From: Ignavibacteriota bacterium
GTDB taxonomy: Bacteria > Bacteroidota > Ignavibacteria > UBA10030 > UBA6906
NCBI GenBank assembly: GCA_963801355.1
Contig: CAWDEM010000004.1
Span: 1,120,001 to 1,184,000 of the forward strand
Reading direction: 5' to 3'
Length of the DNA stretch: 64,000 bases
Positions 22,991 to 32,089 of this stretch are shown here, piece after piece. The translations under genes and the position numbers were made by a program. The first letter of the stretch is position 1, and the number at the start of each line of letters is the position of its first letter. The notes beneath the pieces are model-generated. The model was not told the DNA's origin. It was given only the letters and a program-made list of their open reading frames with translations, and did not search any database.

Positions 22991-23088
22991 TTGCGCAGTG
23001 AACCTGAACCTCCCAACGAACATACCTGATGAGTTCCCGCGACGCGGACGAACTCTCACACCCCGCCCCAGCATAACGGAATACTCCG

Positions 23089-23634
23089 ATGCGACGACTC
23101 AAAGCACAAATCATTGACAATGAAGGTTTCGACCGGACCCTCACGCGGCTGGCACACGAAATTCTGGAAAAGAATCGAGGGGCCTCCAACATTGTCATTG
23201 TCGGCATCCGCACACGGGGGGAATTCATCGCCCGGCGGATCGCCAGAATCATCGAAGACGTCGAACACACGAAGCTGCATATCGGTTCACTGGACATCAC
23301 GCTGTATCGCGACGACCTGCTTGGCAAGCTGGAGCAGCCGCAGCTGAAAGGAACGGAAATATTGTTCGACATCAGCGGCCACGACGTGATCCTGATTGAT
23401 GATGTGCTGTTCACCGGCCGGACGATCCGTGCGGCTCTTGATGAACTGATTGATCTCGGCCGCCCCCGGACCATCCAGCTTGCGGTCCTGGTCGATCGCG
23501 GACACCGGCAGTTGCCGATCCGGGCGGACTATGTGGGGAAGAACGTTCCCACTTCCGCGAACGAGTCGATTCGCGTGCATGTGAAAGAGGTGGATGGTGA
23601 AGACACCGTCCTCCTGATGCATCCCGAAGAGTGA
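23089..23634 (+). CDS. pyrR: Pyrimidine operon regulator / uracil phosphoribosyltransferase
   Basis: GIRTRG, LDITLYRDD, DDVLFTGRTIRAA, DRGHRQLPIRADYVGK. Confidence 0.96.
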   Translation: MRRLKAQIIDNEGFDRTLTRLAHEILEKNRGASNIVIVGIRTRGEFIARRIARIIEDVEHTKLHIGSLDITLYRDDLLGKLEQPQLKGTEILFDISGHDVILIDDVLFTGRTIRAALDELIDLGRPRTIQLAVLVDRGHRQLPIRADYVGKNVPTSANESIRVHVKEVDGEDTVLLMHPEE

Positions 23635-23660
23635 AACGCCGACCACCAGAAAGAACATCC

Positions 23661-24581
23661 ATGCCACTGCACAGCAAACACCTTCTCGGCCTGGACGGTA
23701 TGAGCCGTGAAGATCTTCAGTTGATCCTGGATACCGCGGTCTCATTCCGCGAGGTGCTGGAGCGTCCCATCAAGAAAGTGCCCCCGCTTCAGGGAAAGAC
23801 CGTCGCAAACATGTTTTTTGAGAATTCCACACGCACACGGCTCTCCTTCGAATTGGCGGAACGGCGCCTCTCTGCGGATGTCCTCGGTTTTTCGGCGACG
23901 GGGAGCAGCGTCAGCAAAGGGGAGACCCTCAAGGATACGGCGCGAAACATTGAAGCGATGAAGGTGGACATGGTGGTGATGCGTCATAGCGCTGCGGGCG
24001 CACCGCATTACCTCTCCCGCGTCATCGACGCGAACGTCATCAATGCGGGCGACGGCTCGCACGAACACCCGACGCAGGGCCTGCTGGACATGTTCACGAT
24101 TCGCGAGAAGCACGGCAGGTTGAATGATCTCCATGTCTGTATCGTGGGGGATGTTTCCCATAGCCGGGTCGCCCGTTCAAATATCCTGGGCCTGAAGACG
24201 ATGGGGGCGCGGGTGTCCGTGTGTGGACCGGCGACCATGATTCCACGCGAGATCGAGCGGCTCGGCGTCGAAGTGTACCATCACCTGGATGACGTCCTCC
24301 CGACAGTTGACGTCCTGAACGTGCTGCGCATACAGCTGGAACGGGATGCGGGCCGGCTCTTTCCGACGATCCGGGAGTACCGGCAGACGTACGGGATTAC
24401 CCGGCAGCGCCTGGAAAAAGCCGGCCGGGTGATAACGATCATGCACCCCGGCCCGATCAACCGGGACGTCGAAATTTCCGCGGATGTGGCCGACAGCGAG
24501 CATTCCGTGATCCTCCAGCAGGTGCTCAACGGTGTTGCTGTGCGGATGTCGGTGCTGTACTTGCTGTCGACGCGCAGCTAG
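23661..24581 (+). CDS. pyrB: Aspartate carbamoyltransferase catalytic subunit
   Basis: FFENSTRTRLSF, NAGDGSHEHPTQ, HSRVARSN, MHPGPINR. Confidence 0.97.
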   Translation: MPLHSKHLLGLDGMSREDLQLILDTAVSFREVLERPIKKVPPLQGKTVANMFFENSTRTRLSFELAERRLSADVLGFSATGSSVSKGETLKDTARNIEAMKVDMVVMRHSAAGAPHYLSRVIDANVINAGDGSHEHPTQGLLDMFTIREKHGRLNDLHVCIVGDVSHSRVARSNILGLKTMGARVSVCGPATMIPREIERLGVEVYHHLDDVLPTVDVLNVLRIQLERDAGRLFPTIREYRQTYGITRQRLEKAGRVITIMHPGPINRDVEISADVADSEHSVILQQVLNGVAVRMSVLYLLSTRS

Positions 24582-24631
24582 AAGCTTCACAGAGAGTAAT
24601 CACTGAACTCATCATTCAACAGCAGACACCC

Positions 24632-25909
24632 ATGCAACTACTTCTGAAGGGCGGCAGGCTTATCGATCCTCCCACGGGGCGTGATGAAGTGCTGGATATC
24701 CTGGTACACGACGGTCGCATCGAGCGCACGGGTGCAAATCTCTCGGCGAGTGCCGCGCAGGTGATTGAACTCAAGGGGAAAATCATCGCGCCCGGATTCA
24801 TAGACATGCATGTGCATTTTCGCGAACCGGGCTATGAGTACAAGGAATCCATTGCGTCGGGATGCGCGGCCGCGGCGGCAGGCGGGTTCACCGCGGTGTG
24901 CTGCATGCCCAATACAAATCCTCCGATCGATGACGAATCGATTGTCCATTTCATTCACGGCCGTGCGCGCCTCGCGCTGGGAGGATTGGTCGACGTCTAC
25001 CCGGTCGGCGCCGTGACGGCCGGACGGAAAGGTGAACATCTGGCCCCGCTGGCGGAGCTTGCCGCTGCAGGCGCCATCGCGTTCTCGGATGACGGCGAAC
25101 CCGTGCATGATGCAGAACTCATGCGGCGCGCGCTCGAATACAGCGCGATGTTCAACAAACCGATCATCCAGCATGCCCAGGATCCCGCACTCACCAAGGG
25201 CGGCGTTGCAAATGAAGGGTATCCGTCGGCTTCTCTCGGACTTCCCCCTATGCCGCGGGTGGGTGAGGAGATCATGATCGCCCGCGATATCCGGCTGGCC
25301 GAGTATACCGGCGGGCAGTACCATGCGGCCCACGTCAGCGTTGCAGAGACGCTTGATCATATCAAGAATGCCAAAGCGAAAGGCCTTCACGTAACCTGTG
25401 AGGTGACGCCTCATCACTTCACACTGACGGATGAGGCCCTCTCTACATTCGACACAAATACAAAGATGAGTCCTCCGCTCCGCACCCGCGAGGATGTGGA
25501 AGCAATGAAGTCAGGGCTGAAAGAGGGCGTGATTGACGTCATCGCCACAGATCATGCCCCGCATTCGTACGACGAGAAAGAAGTCGAGTTTGCTCAAGCC
25601 CCCTTCGGCATCATCGGACTGGAAACGGCCCTGGGATTGGCCGTGACGGAACTTGTCCGGAAGAATGTCCTTTCTCTCTACCAGCTCGTGGAAAAGCTCT
25701 CAACCAATCCCCGGCAACTCCTTCATCTTCCGCCTGTTGCTGTGGCAGAAGGCGAGCAGGCAAATCTTACCCTGCTCGACCCGGCGGCCGAATGGATCGT
25801 GGACCCGTCGTCGTTCAAATCACGCGCAAGGAACACCCCCTTCGGCGGAGTCCGATTGGTGGGGAAGCCCTTCGGAATTCTCAACAACGGTATCGTCTTT
25901 TGGTGCTGA
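24632..25909 (+). CDS. pyrC: Dihydroorotase
   Basis: PGFIDMHVHFREPG, MPNTNP, CEVTPHH, ATDHAPH, NTPF. Confidence 0.95.
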   Translation: MQLLLKGGRLIDPPTGRDEVLDILVHDGRIERTGANLSASAAQVIELKGKIIAPGFIDMHVHFREPGYEYKESIASGCAAAAAGGFTAVCCMPNTNPPIDDESIVHFIHGRARLALGGLVDVYPVGAVTAGRKGEHLAPLAELAAAGAIAFSDDGEPVHDAELMRRALEYSAMFNKPIIQHAQDPALTKGGVANEGYPSASLGLPPMPRVGEEIMIARDIRLAEYTGGQYHAAHVSVAETLDHIKNAKAKGLHVTCEVTPHHFTLTDEALSTFDTNTKMSPPLRTREDVEAMKSGLKEGVIDVIATDHAPHSYDEKEVEFAQAPFGIIGLETALGLAVTELVRKNVLSLYQLVEKLSTNPRQLLHLPPVAVAEGEQANLTLLDPAAEWIVDPSSFKSRARNTPFGGVRLVGKPFGILNNGIVFWC

Positions 25910-25946
25910 CTGTCCACTAAAATAGACGTCTGCATTTCCATCCATA

Positions 25947-25994
25947 CAAATCCCCCGTGGTCCCTGCCGAAATTGAGGACTTCCGGGGGATTTG
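25947..25994. terminator. Long stem-loop after pyrC
   Basis: CAAATCCCCCG/CGGGGGATTTG perfect 11-bp stem plus inner GTCC/GGAC. Confidence 0.6.
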
Positions 25995-26009
25995 AATTCT
26001 GCTCAGCGA

Positions 26010-26025
26010 TGGCACATTGTTTGAA
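26010..26025 (+). promoter_or_regulatory. Putative sigma54 (-24/-12) promoter
   Basis: TGGCACATTGTTTGAA; GG-N10-GA variant of the GG-N10-GC consensus. Confidence 0.5.
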
Positions 26026-26063
26026 CCAAGCCTTGTGGAATTGTTAGACAAGGCGAGGTTCAC

Positions 26064-26861
26064 ATGAAAACGATCGGTTACACACTTGCTCTCCTGGCCA
26101 TCCTCCTGTCCGGATCCGGATGTCATGATTGGCTCCATGAACCGGATTTCACCGCTCCGATGCCCCCAAGGGGCCTGTACACGGCAACGGGAGACAATTT
26201 CATCGAGCTGTACTGGGATGAAAACCGCGAACCGGATCTGGCCGGATACGATGTGTACGTGAGTACCAGCTACAATGGCCGGTATGAGCTCATCGGCTCC
26301 TCGGAGAGCGCGTATTTCTGCGACGACGGCGCAAAGAACGGTTCGGTGTACTACTACGCTGTGAGCGCCTACGACTATGATGGCAACGAGAGCGAGTTGA
26401 GCACCGACGTGGCGTACGATATCCCGCGTCCGGAAGGCTATGATGTTACTCTGATGAATGCCGTCATCAATCCGGCTCAGTCGGCGTATGATTTCTCCAG
26501 ATACCTTGTGGTGGCGGACAACGACCAGTATGCAGACATGGTCTATGACAGGGCGAACGGGCAATACCGCATGAGCGTCGGACAGGATACCGACATTCAG
26601 GATATGGGTCCGACGGGTTCCATCCTTGATATCGGTCAGGCCCCGTCAGGTGGATGGTCGCCGACCCACGACGTGACACTCGTACCCGGTCACACATATG
26701 TGGTCTGGACCTGGGACGATCACTACGCCAAGTTCCGGATTTCGACGCTCTCGCAGAACCGCGCGGTGTTTGACTGGGCGTATCAGTTGATTCCTTCGAA
26801 CCGGCTGATGAAGCGGAATGTACCGTCGGTGCGGGGAGGCGGACTGCAGGCGGGTGGTTGA
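26064..26861 (+). CDS. Lipoprotein with fibronectin type III-like domain
   Basis: Lipobox SGSGC; APMPPRGL...IELYW...DLAGYDVY...YYYAVSAYDYDGNES. Confidence 0.78.
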   Translation: MKTIGYTLALLAILLSGSGCHDWLHEPDFTAPMPPRGLYTATGDNFIELYWDENREPDLAGYDVYVSTSYNGRYELIGSSESAYFCDDGAKNGSVYYYAVSAYDYDGNESELSTDVAYDIPRPEGYDVTLMNAVINPAQSAYDFSRYLVVADNDQYADMVYDRANGQYRMSVGQDTDIQDMGPTGSILDIGQAPSGGWSPTHDVTLVPGHTYVVWTWDDHYAKFRISTLSQNRAVFDWAYQLIPSNRLMKRNVPSVRGGGLQAGG

Positions 26862-26917
26862 TATGGGCGGTTGACTTTCGTCGCTCTTTGGCGTACTTTT
26901 TTCCGCATAGGGGATAC

Positions 26918-27366
26918 ATGGTTAACGTGCGCACCTTCATATGCGGTGTACTTCTGGCCGGATCGCCGTTGATCGGTGGTCCGGCCTTTATATGTGCCCG
27001 TGCCCAGTCGCTCCAGGAGCCCGGTGGGGGAGCCGCGCTGGTATTCGGGGACCTGGAGAAGGGTATGCTGGCAGGATCGGTTGCGCACTTCTCCTCCCAT
27101 CTCGGACAGCGCATTTACCTTCAGCTGCCCGAGAGCCAAGAGGCGCATTACAGCGCACATCAGGCGTTCTACGTGCTCGACTCTTCCTGCGGAGGCACAA
27201 GGTGCTTGGAGTAAAGCTTTCCAGTGTCGAACGTGCGGCGCCAAATCCCTATGCCACCGGCAGTGTCACATATCTCTTTCAAGGAGTCCGGGAGGACGCA
27301 CACCTGTATGTTTCCCTCGCCGGGGAGGAAGATGATTGGATGATCACACACCTCAGCATCTACTGA
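26918..27366 (+). pseudogene. DUF4783-like secreted protein split by an apparent 1-bp frameshift (or a sequencing error)
   Basis: One frame gives a signal peptide and HYSAHQAFYVLDS; a second frame continues FLRRHKVLG...LYVSL...WMITHLSIY. Junction GACTC-TTCCTG near 27183. Confidence 0.65.
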
Positions 27367-27376
27367 ATTCCGCGCA

Positions 27377-30300
27377 ATGCCCTCAATGTCACACCGGATC
27401 CGCAGCCTCTTTTCCGAACGAAGATTCCGCGAAACTGCGATTATCGTTCTTCTTCTCTGCCTGCTGTTGCTGTCGCAGGCAATCCGTCTCGTGCGGGTGA
27501 GTGTTCTGGAACGGGGATGGGAAAGCTTCCAGGCGGAAAAGGCACAGGCGGATGCTGCGGTTGCCGTGCAGGAATTTGACGATCTCCAACGCTCGGCCGG
27601 ACGGATCGCGGTGGAGGTGGGACAGCAGCAGGATGTTGGAGGCTATCTGCGTGGCCTGCACAGCGACCGGCGTGCACTCTTCGCCGCTGTCACCGCAGCG
27701 GCCGAGACGCACGAATGCGGTGTGGAGATTTATGATGCGGATGGCGAGCTTGCCGCGTGGGGCGGATCCAGCGGACCTTCTATCGGCCGCGAGGTACAGA
27801 TTGCGCTGACCGGACGAATCACGTCGACAGTCGCGAGAACACCGGTCGCCTCACAATTGCTTGTAGTCTCGCCGGCGCGGAGCGGTGGGATGATCGTCGG
27901 CGTCGTTGCCGTCCGTCAGATCGTCGAACTTGATTATCCTCTGAGCAACAGGTTCATGGCCTACGTCGGGCTTGCCGATCGGTTGGGAACCCGGCTGGGA
28001 ACGCCTATCGAATTTGACTTCTCCGACAACGCCACCGGCCGCAAAGACGGGCGCTGGCTCGCGGTCCCCCTGTACGGCATCGACGCCCGTCGCGTGGGAG
28101 CGGTCAGTGTTCTCCGGCCCGGACGGTCGGCGGTTATCGAACGCCTCCGGAGCGATTTCGCGGCTTTCGACACCGTGCTCCTTGTGCTTCTGTGCTTCGC
28201 AGCAGCCGTGCCCCTTGCCCGTTGGCTTCTCCCGCGCCGCGGAAGGCCGGCGGGCGCGATTGGACTGACCCTGGCGCTCTGGGTCATGCGGTACGTGTGG
28301 GTGTGGCTGGGGTTCCCGGGGCGCGTGATTCCCCACGGCATCTTTGACCCCGTACTCTTCGCCTCGGGGTTCGGGGGCGGACTCGCACGATCCGTCGGGG
28401 ACCTGCTCATCACTACGATTGTTCTCTCCCTCAGCCTCTGGTCTCTCGCCCCGCTGACAGCTGTGCACCAACGGGAAGAGCGACAATCACCGGGCGTCAT
28501 CCGCTTTCTCGGGCACACCATTCTGGCCATTCTGGCGACGTTCCTGCTTTTCTGGACCCTGCGGGGTCTCGGCGCGGTCGTGCGCAGCGCTGTTTATGAC
28601 TCCACGCTGGGATATGGTGATCCGGCCATCATCCTTCCCGCCTTCGGGATGGGTGTGATGATCCTGACTCTCGGCATGTTGTGCATGTGTATGATCGCCC
28701 TCGCCGTGCGCACAACGGAACACCTGCTTGCCTGGCTCGGAGGCGGTTACGCGGGATTGCTCCGGGTGATCATCCTCTATGTGACCGCCGCCGTGCTTTT
28801 TGGTACGCTGCAGGACGAGCCCTTGATGTCGATACCGTATATGCTCCTGTGTGCAGTGCTGTTCATCGCGGCGGCGTTCTGGCGGCTGTCGCTGGAGTCA
28901 GGCGCCGCACCGGTGCGCGCAGGCACCCTTATGGTTGCCTCCGGCGTGATGACACTGGCCCTCCTGCTGCCGTTGCTGCAGCGGAATATTGAGGAGCAGG
29001 TCCGTAGTCGCATGGAGTCCTTTGCCGTCGAATTCCTTCGTCCTGTCGATGGGTGGCTGAAGCTGGTCGTCGATGACGGGCTTCGCCAACTGACGGAAGT
29101 CTCGCTTGCGCGCACGGAAATGCACGCGAAGCAGGATGCAGAAGGAACAAGCGTTCCGCTCGAGGCCTGGGCCCGGAGTAACGCATGCCGGGAAGGATAC
29201 AGTGCGCTCTTTGTGGTTCTGGATTCTTCCGGCGGAGAAGTGGGAAGGTTTGCGATCGGCAGCCAGACGTCGCTGATCATCCCGTTCGCGGAGACCCTGC
29301 CCCTGGATTCGCTCGGGAAAGTCCGCATCAAGAGCATCGGCGACGGCATCAGTGCCGTGCGGGTGTATGGAGGGACAGCGCTCCTGCGGGATCCGTCGGG
29401 ACACACCTCCGGATACGCGCGCGTGGTGATTGCCGCCGGAGAGCAGCAGCTGTTCCGAGGGGACAACCCTCCAATCCTGCGCAGAAGCGCCGGCGAACCT
29501 ATCGAGGCATTCTACCGTCCCATCACGCTCTCCGAGTACCGGGATGCATTGCTCGTCCGTACAACGAACCCGGATTTTCCCTACACGCACATGCTGTCGG
29601 ACGATGTCCGGGCCACGCTCAACCGTCCGGAATCGCCGACCGTCTGGAGTACCGAGACAATCGGGGATGCCTCTTATGATTGCTACTCTGTCCGGCGTGG
29701 CCCGGACAGCCACGATGTCATCGTTCTCAGTATGGCACATCAACACATCCTCATGACGATGGTGGGTCTTGTCAAGATTCCACTCGTCTTCATTATCGTC
29801 GCGCTGCTGGGAGTCGGTGCGTCGGTGATTGTTGCATGGGCGCGCGGCAGGCGGTATCGGTTCACTTTCCGTGACACATTGCTCACGGCAATGCTGCTCA
29901 CGGCGTTTGTTCCGCTGGGCTTGTTGATGTTCTACAGCCAGTATGAAGTCCACCGCCGGGTGATCGAAACATTGTCCGGTCGCCTCGAAGGGGAGACGGC
30001 ATCCATTGCCCAAGAGATCGCTGGAATCGGGGAGTATGCCGATGTCACATCGGATCTGACGTTGCGACCCGATCGTGTGGAGCTGATCGCTTCCAACGTC
30101 GGTACGGATTTCAATATCTATGTCGGCAACGAATTGCGGATCAGCAGCCGTCCGGAGCTGTACACAACGGGGCTGCTGGACAGCCGGCTGAACGGCAGGG
30201 CCTATGCCGCTGTCGTGCTCGACGGCAGGCGTTACCATATGCAGACCGAACATGTGGGGCTGTATCAGTACGAAGTCGGTTACAGGCCGGTGCTCGATGC

Positions 30301-31306
30301 AGCAGGCGGCGTTATCGGCATCGTGGGTGTCCCGACGCTGTACAGGCAGGAAGAAGTGGACCGGGAACTCTCGGAGCGGAACGCCGTGCTGATCGGGGTC
30401 TACGCGGTGGTTCTGCTGGCGATCGTGATTGCGACCATGGTGCTTGCGAACCGGATTGCCGCCCCCGTGCAGAAACTCACCATGTTGACCCGCGACGTCG
30501 CCCGGGGGAACCTGGAGATCTCGGCACGGTTGCCCAGAGCAGAGGGGGAGATCGGGGAACTGGTGCAGGCGTTTGATGCAATGGCGCGTGATATGCGCCG
30601 CAGCCGCGACGAACTTGTGCAGGCGGAACGGGAACTGGCCTGGCGTGAGATGGCCAGACAGATTGCCCACGAGATCAAGAATCCCCTGACGCCCATGAAG
30701 TTGTCCGTCCAGCATCTGCGCCAGACCTATCGCGACAATGCTCCGGACTTCAGTGCTATCCTGGAGGCGGTGACGCGAACCGTGATTGAGCAGATTGACA
30801 CGCTCAGCCGCATCGCCTCGGAGTTCTCACACTTTGCCCGGATGCCCCGGAGGAGAGTCGAGGCGTGTGATGTGGAAAGCGTTGTGCGCGAAGCCGTGCA
30901 ACTGTTCCGTCCGGATACACGCGTAGAATTCAAGATCGATGTGGAACCTGCACTTCCTCCTCTGCAGGCCGATCGTGAAGAGTTGCGGCGCGCCTTTATC
31001 AATATCATCCGCAATGGTGTCCAGGCGACCGCCGGCAAAGTGAAGATCGAAGTCACGGTCCGGCGCAGCGCCACGGGCATCAGCGCGGCATTCCGGGACT
31101 ATGGGTCGGGCATCTCCGACGAAGTCCGCCGGAAGCTCTTTCAGCCGAACTTCTCCACGAAGACGGACGGCATGGGATTGGGTCTGGCGATTGTGAAGAA
31201 GACCTTGGATGACCTGGGCGCGTCCATTGTGATTGAAAGCGTCGTGAACCAGGGAACGACGGTCGTCCTCGATATCCCGCTCGAGCAGGATCCGCAGGTG
31301 TCATGA
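27377..31306 (+). CDS. Large multi-TM NtrY-like sensor histidine kinase
   Basis: Many TM segments, HAMP (GEIGELVQAF), WREMARQIAHEIKNPLTP H-box, NIIRNG, DYGSG, FSTK..GMGLGL. Confidence 0.9.
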   Translation: MPSMSHRIRSLFSERRFRETAIIVLLLCLLLLSQAIRLVRVSVLERGWESFQAEKAQADAAVAVQEFDDLQRSAGRIAVEVGQQQDVGGYLRGLHSDRRALFAAVTAAAETHECGVEIYDADGELAAWGGSSGPSIGREVQIALTGRITSTVARTPVASQLLVVSPARSGGMIVGVVAVRQIVELDYPLSNRFMAYVGLADRLGTRLGTPIEFDFSDNATGRKDGRWLAVPLYGIDARRVGAVSVLRPGRSAVIERLRSDFAAFDTVLLVLLCFAAAVPLARWLLPRRGRPAGAIGLTLALWVMRYVWVWLGFPGRVIPHGIFDPVLFASGFGGGLARSVGDLLITTIVLSLSLWSLAPLTAVHQREERQSPGVIRFLGHTILAILATFLLFWTLRGLGAVVRSAVYDSTLGYGDPAIILPAFGMGVMILTLGMLCMCMIALAVRTTEHLLAWLGGGYAGLLRVIILYVTAAVLFGTLQDEPLMSIPYMLLCAVLFIAAAFWRLSLESGAAPVRAGTLMVASGVMTLALLLPLLQRNIEEQVRSRMESFAVEFLRPVDGWLKLVVDDGLRQLTEVSLARTEMHAKQDAEGTSVPLEAWARSNACREGYSALFVVLDSSGGEVGRFAIGSQTSLIIPFAETLPLDSLGKVRIKSIGDGISAVRVYGGTALLRDPSGHTSGYARVVIAAGEQQLFRGDNPPILRRSAGEPIEAFYRPITLSEYRDALLVRTTNPDFPYTHMLSDDVRATLNRPESPTVWSTETIGDASYDCYSVRRGPDSHDVIVLSMAHQHILMTMVGLVKIPLVFIIVALLGVGASVIVAWARGRRYRFTFRDTLLTAMLLTAFVPLGLLMFYSQYEVHRRVIETLSGRLEGETASIAQEIAGIGEYADVTSDLTLRPDRVELIASNVGTDFNIYVGNELRISSRPELYTTGLLDSRLNGRAYAAVVLDGRRYHMQTEHVGLYQYEVGYRPVLDAAGGVIGIVGVPTLYRQEEVDRELSERNAVLIGVYAVVLLAIVIATMVLANRIAAPVQKLTMLTRDVARGNLEISARLPRAEGEIGELVQAFDAMARDMRRSRDELVQAERELAWREMARQIAHEIKNPLTPMKLSVQHLRQTYRDNAPDFSAILEAVTRTVIEQIDTLSRIASEFSHFARMPRRRVEACDVESVVREAVQLFRPDTRVEFKIDVEPALPPLQADREELRRAFINIIRNGVQATAGKVKIEVTVRRSATGISAAFRDYGSGISDEVRRKLFQPNFSTKTDGMGLGLAIVKKTLDDLGASIVIESVVNQGTTVVLDIPLEQDPQVS

Positions 31307-32055
31307 GCGACGTGCTCTCCATAGTGCGTCCATCCAGTTTCGGACACGGGACGGGGTTGACCGCAGGTCTCAGTACGCGCGCCGGTGGACCTCCAGGCTC
31401 GTTGTTCGGCATGAATCTCTCCTTTGCGGTTGGCGATGATCCTGCCAACGTCCGCCAGAACCGTGCGCGATTCTTCGGAGAGCTGGGCATAGGGATGGGC
31501 GAACTGGCCTTCATGCAGCAGGTGCACGGCAGCTCGGTGACGCGGGTGAATGCGCCGGGGACGTATCCGGCCTGCGATGCCATGATCACCGATTGTTCGC
31601 GGCTCTACCTGTGTGTCACGGTGGCGGACTGTGTCCCGGTGTTCCTGTTGGACCGGGCCGCGCACGCACTCGCCGTGGTGCACGCGGGGTGGCGCGGAAC
31701 GGCTGCCGGCATCGTCCCGGCCGCCATAGACGCGCTCAAGGTTGCGTACGGCGCTCTCCCCTCCCGCATCGAGGCATTCATCGGTCCGGCCGCCGGAGGG
31801 TGCTGTTACGAAGTCGGCGCGGAGGTGGCCGGGGCATTGGATGCCGGGCATGTCACCATGCGGGATGGAAAGCGATTTGCAGATCTGAAATCCGCCAACC
31901 GTGCCCAGCTTATCCGTGCGGGTGTGTCCGCAGTCTCGATTGAGGTGCATCCCGCGTGCACGATCCATGAAGAGTCGTCATATCACTCGTACCGACGTGA
32001 CGGTCATCGATCGGGACGGATGGTCAGTGTTGCGGGATTCTCCCCGAAGGGTTGA
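31303..32055 (+). CDS. pgeF: YfiH/PgeF family protein
   Basis: QVHGS, DAMIT, VADCVPV, HAGWRG, CT...YHSYRR...GRM. Confidence 0.9.
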   Translation: MSDVLSIVRPSSFGHGTGLTAGLSTRAGGPPGSLFGMNLSFAVGDDPANVRQNRARFFGELGIGMGELAFMQQVHGSSVTRVNAPGTYPACDAMITDCSRLYLCVTVADCVPVFLLDRAAHALAVVHAGWRGTAAGIVPAAIDALKVAYGALPSRIEAFIGPAAGGCCYEVGAEVAGALDAGHVTMRDGKRFADLKSANRAQLIRAGVSAVSIEVHPACTIHEESSYHSYRRDGHRSGRMVSVAGFSPKG

Positions 32056-32080
32056 CTTCACGGGCTGATTTGGCTATGTT
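32052..32080 (+). promoter_or_regulatory. Sigma70-type promoter, probably the original glmS promoter, now upstream of the IS
   Basis: TTGACT-17 nt-TATGTT, 5 nt before the IS target site. Confidence 0.6.
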
Positions 32081-32089
32081 TTTGTCTAG

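Noticed and set aside
23026-23057. Hammerhead-ribozyme-like core CTGATGA...GAA in the pyr leader
   Set aside because: It reads GAAC rather than GAAA, I found no stems I and III or NUH site, and the bases are explained by a simple GAGTTC/GAACTC hairpin. An Infernal hammerhead search would settle it.
28898-30715. Long antisense ORFs (605 aa here; also 14845-15942, 34606-35850, 37145-38311)
   Set aside because: Shadows of well-supported genes on the opposite strand in GC-rich DNA, with no recognisable motifs
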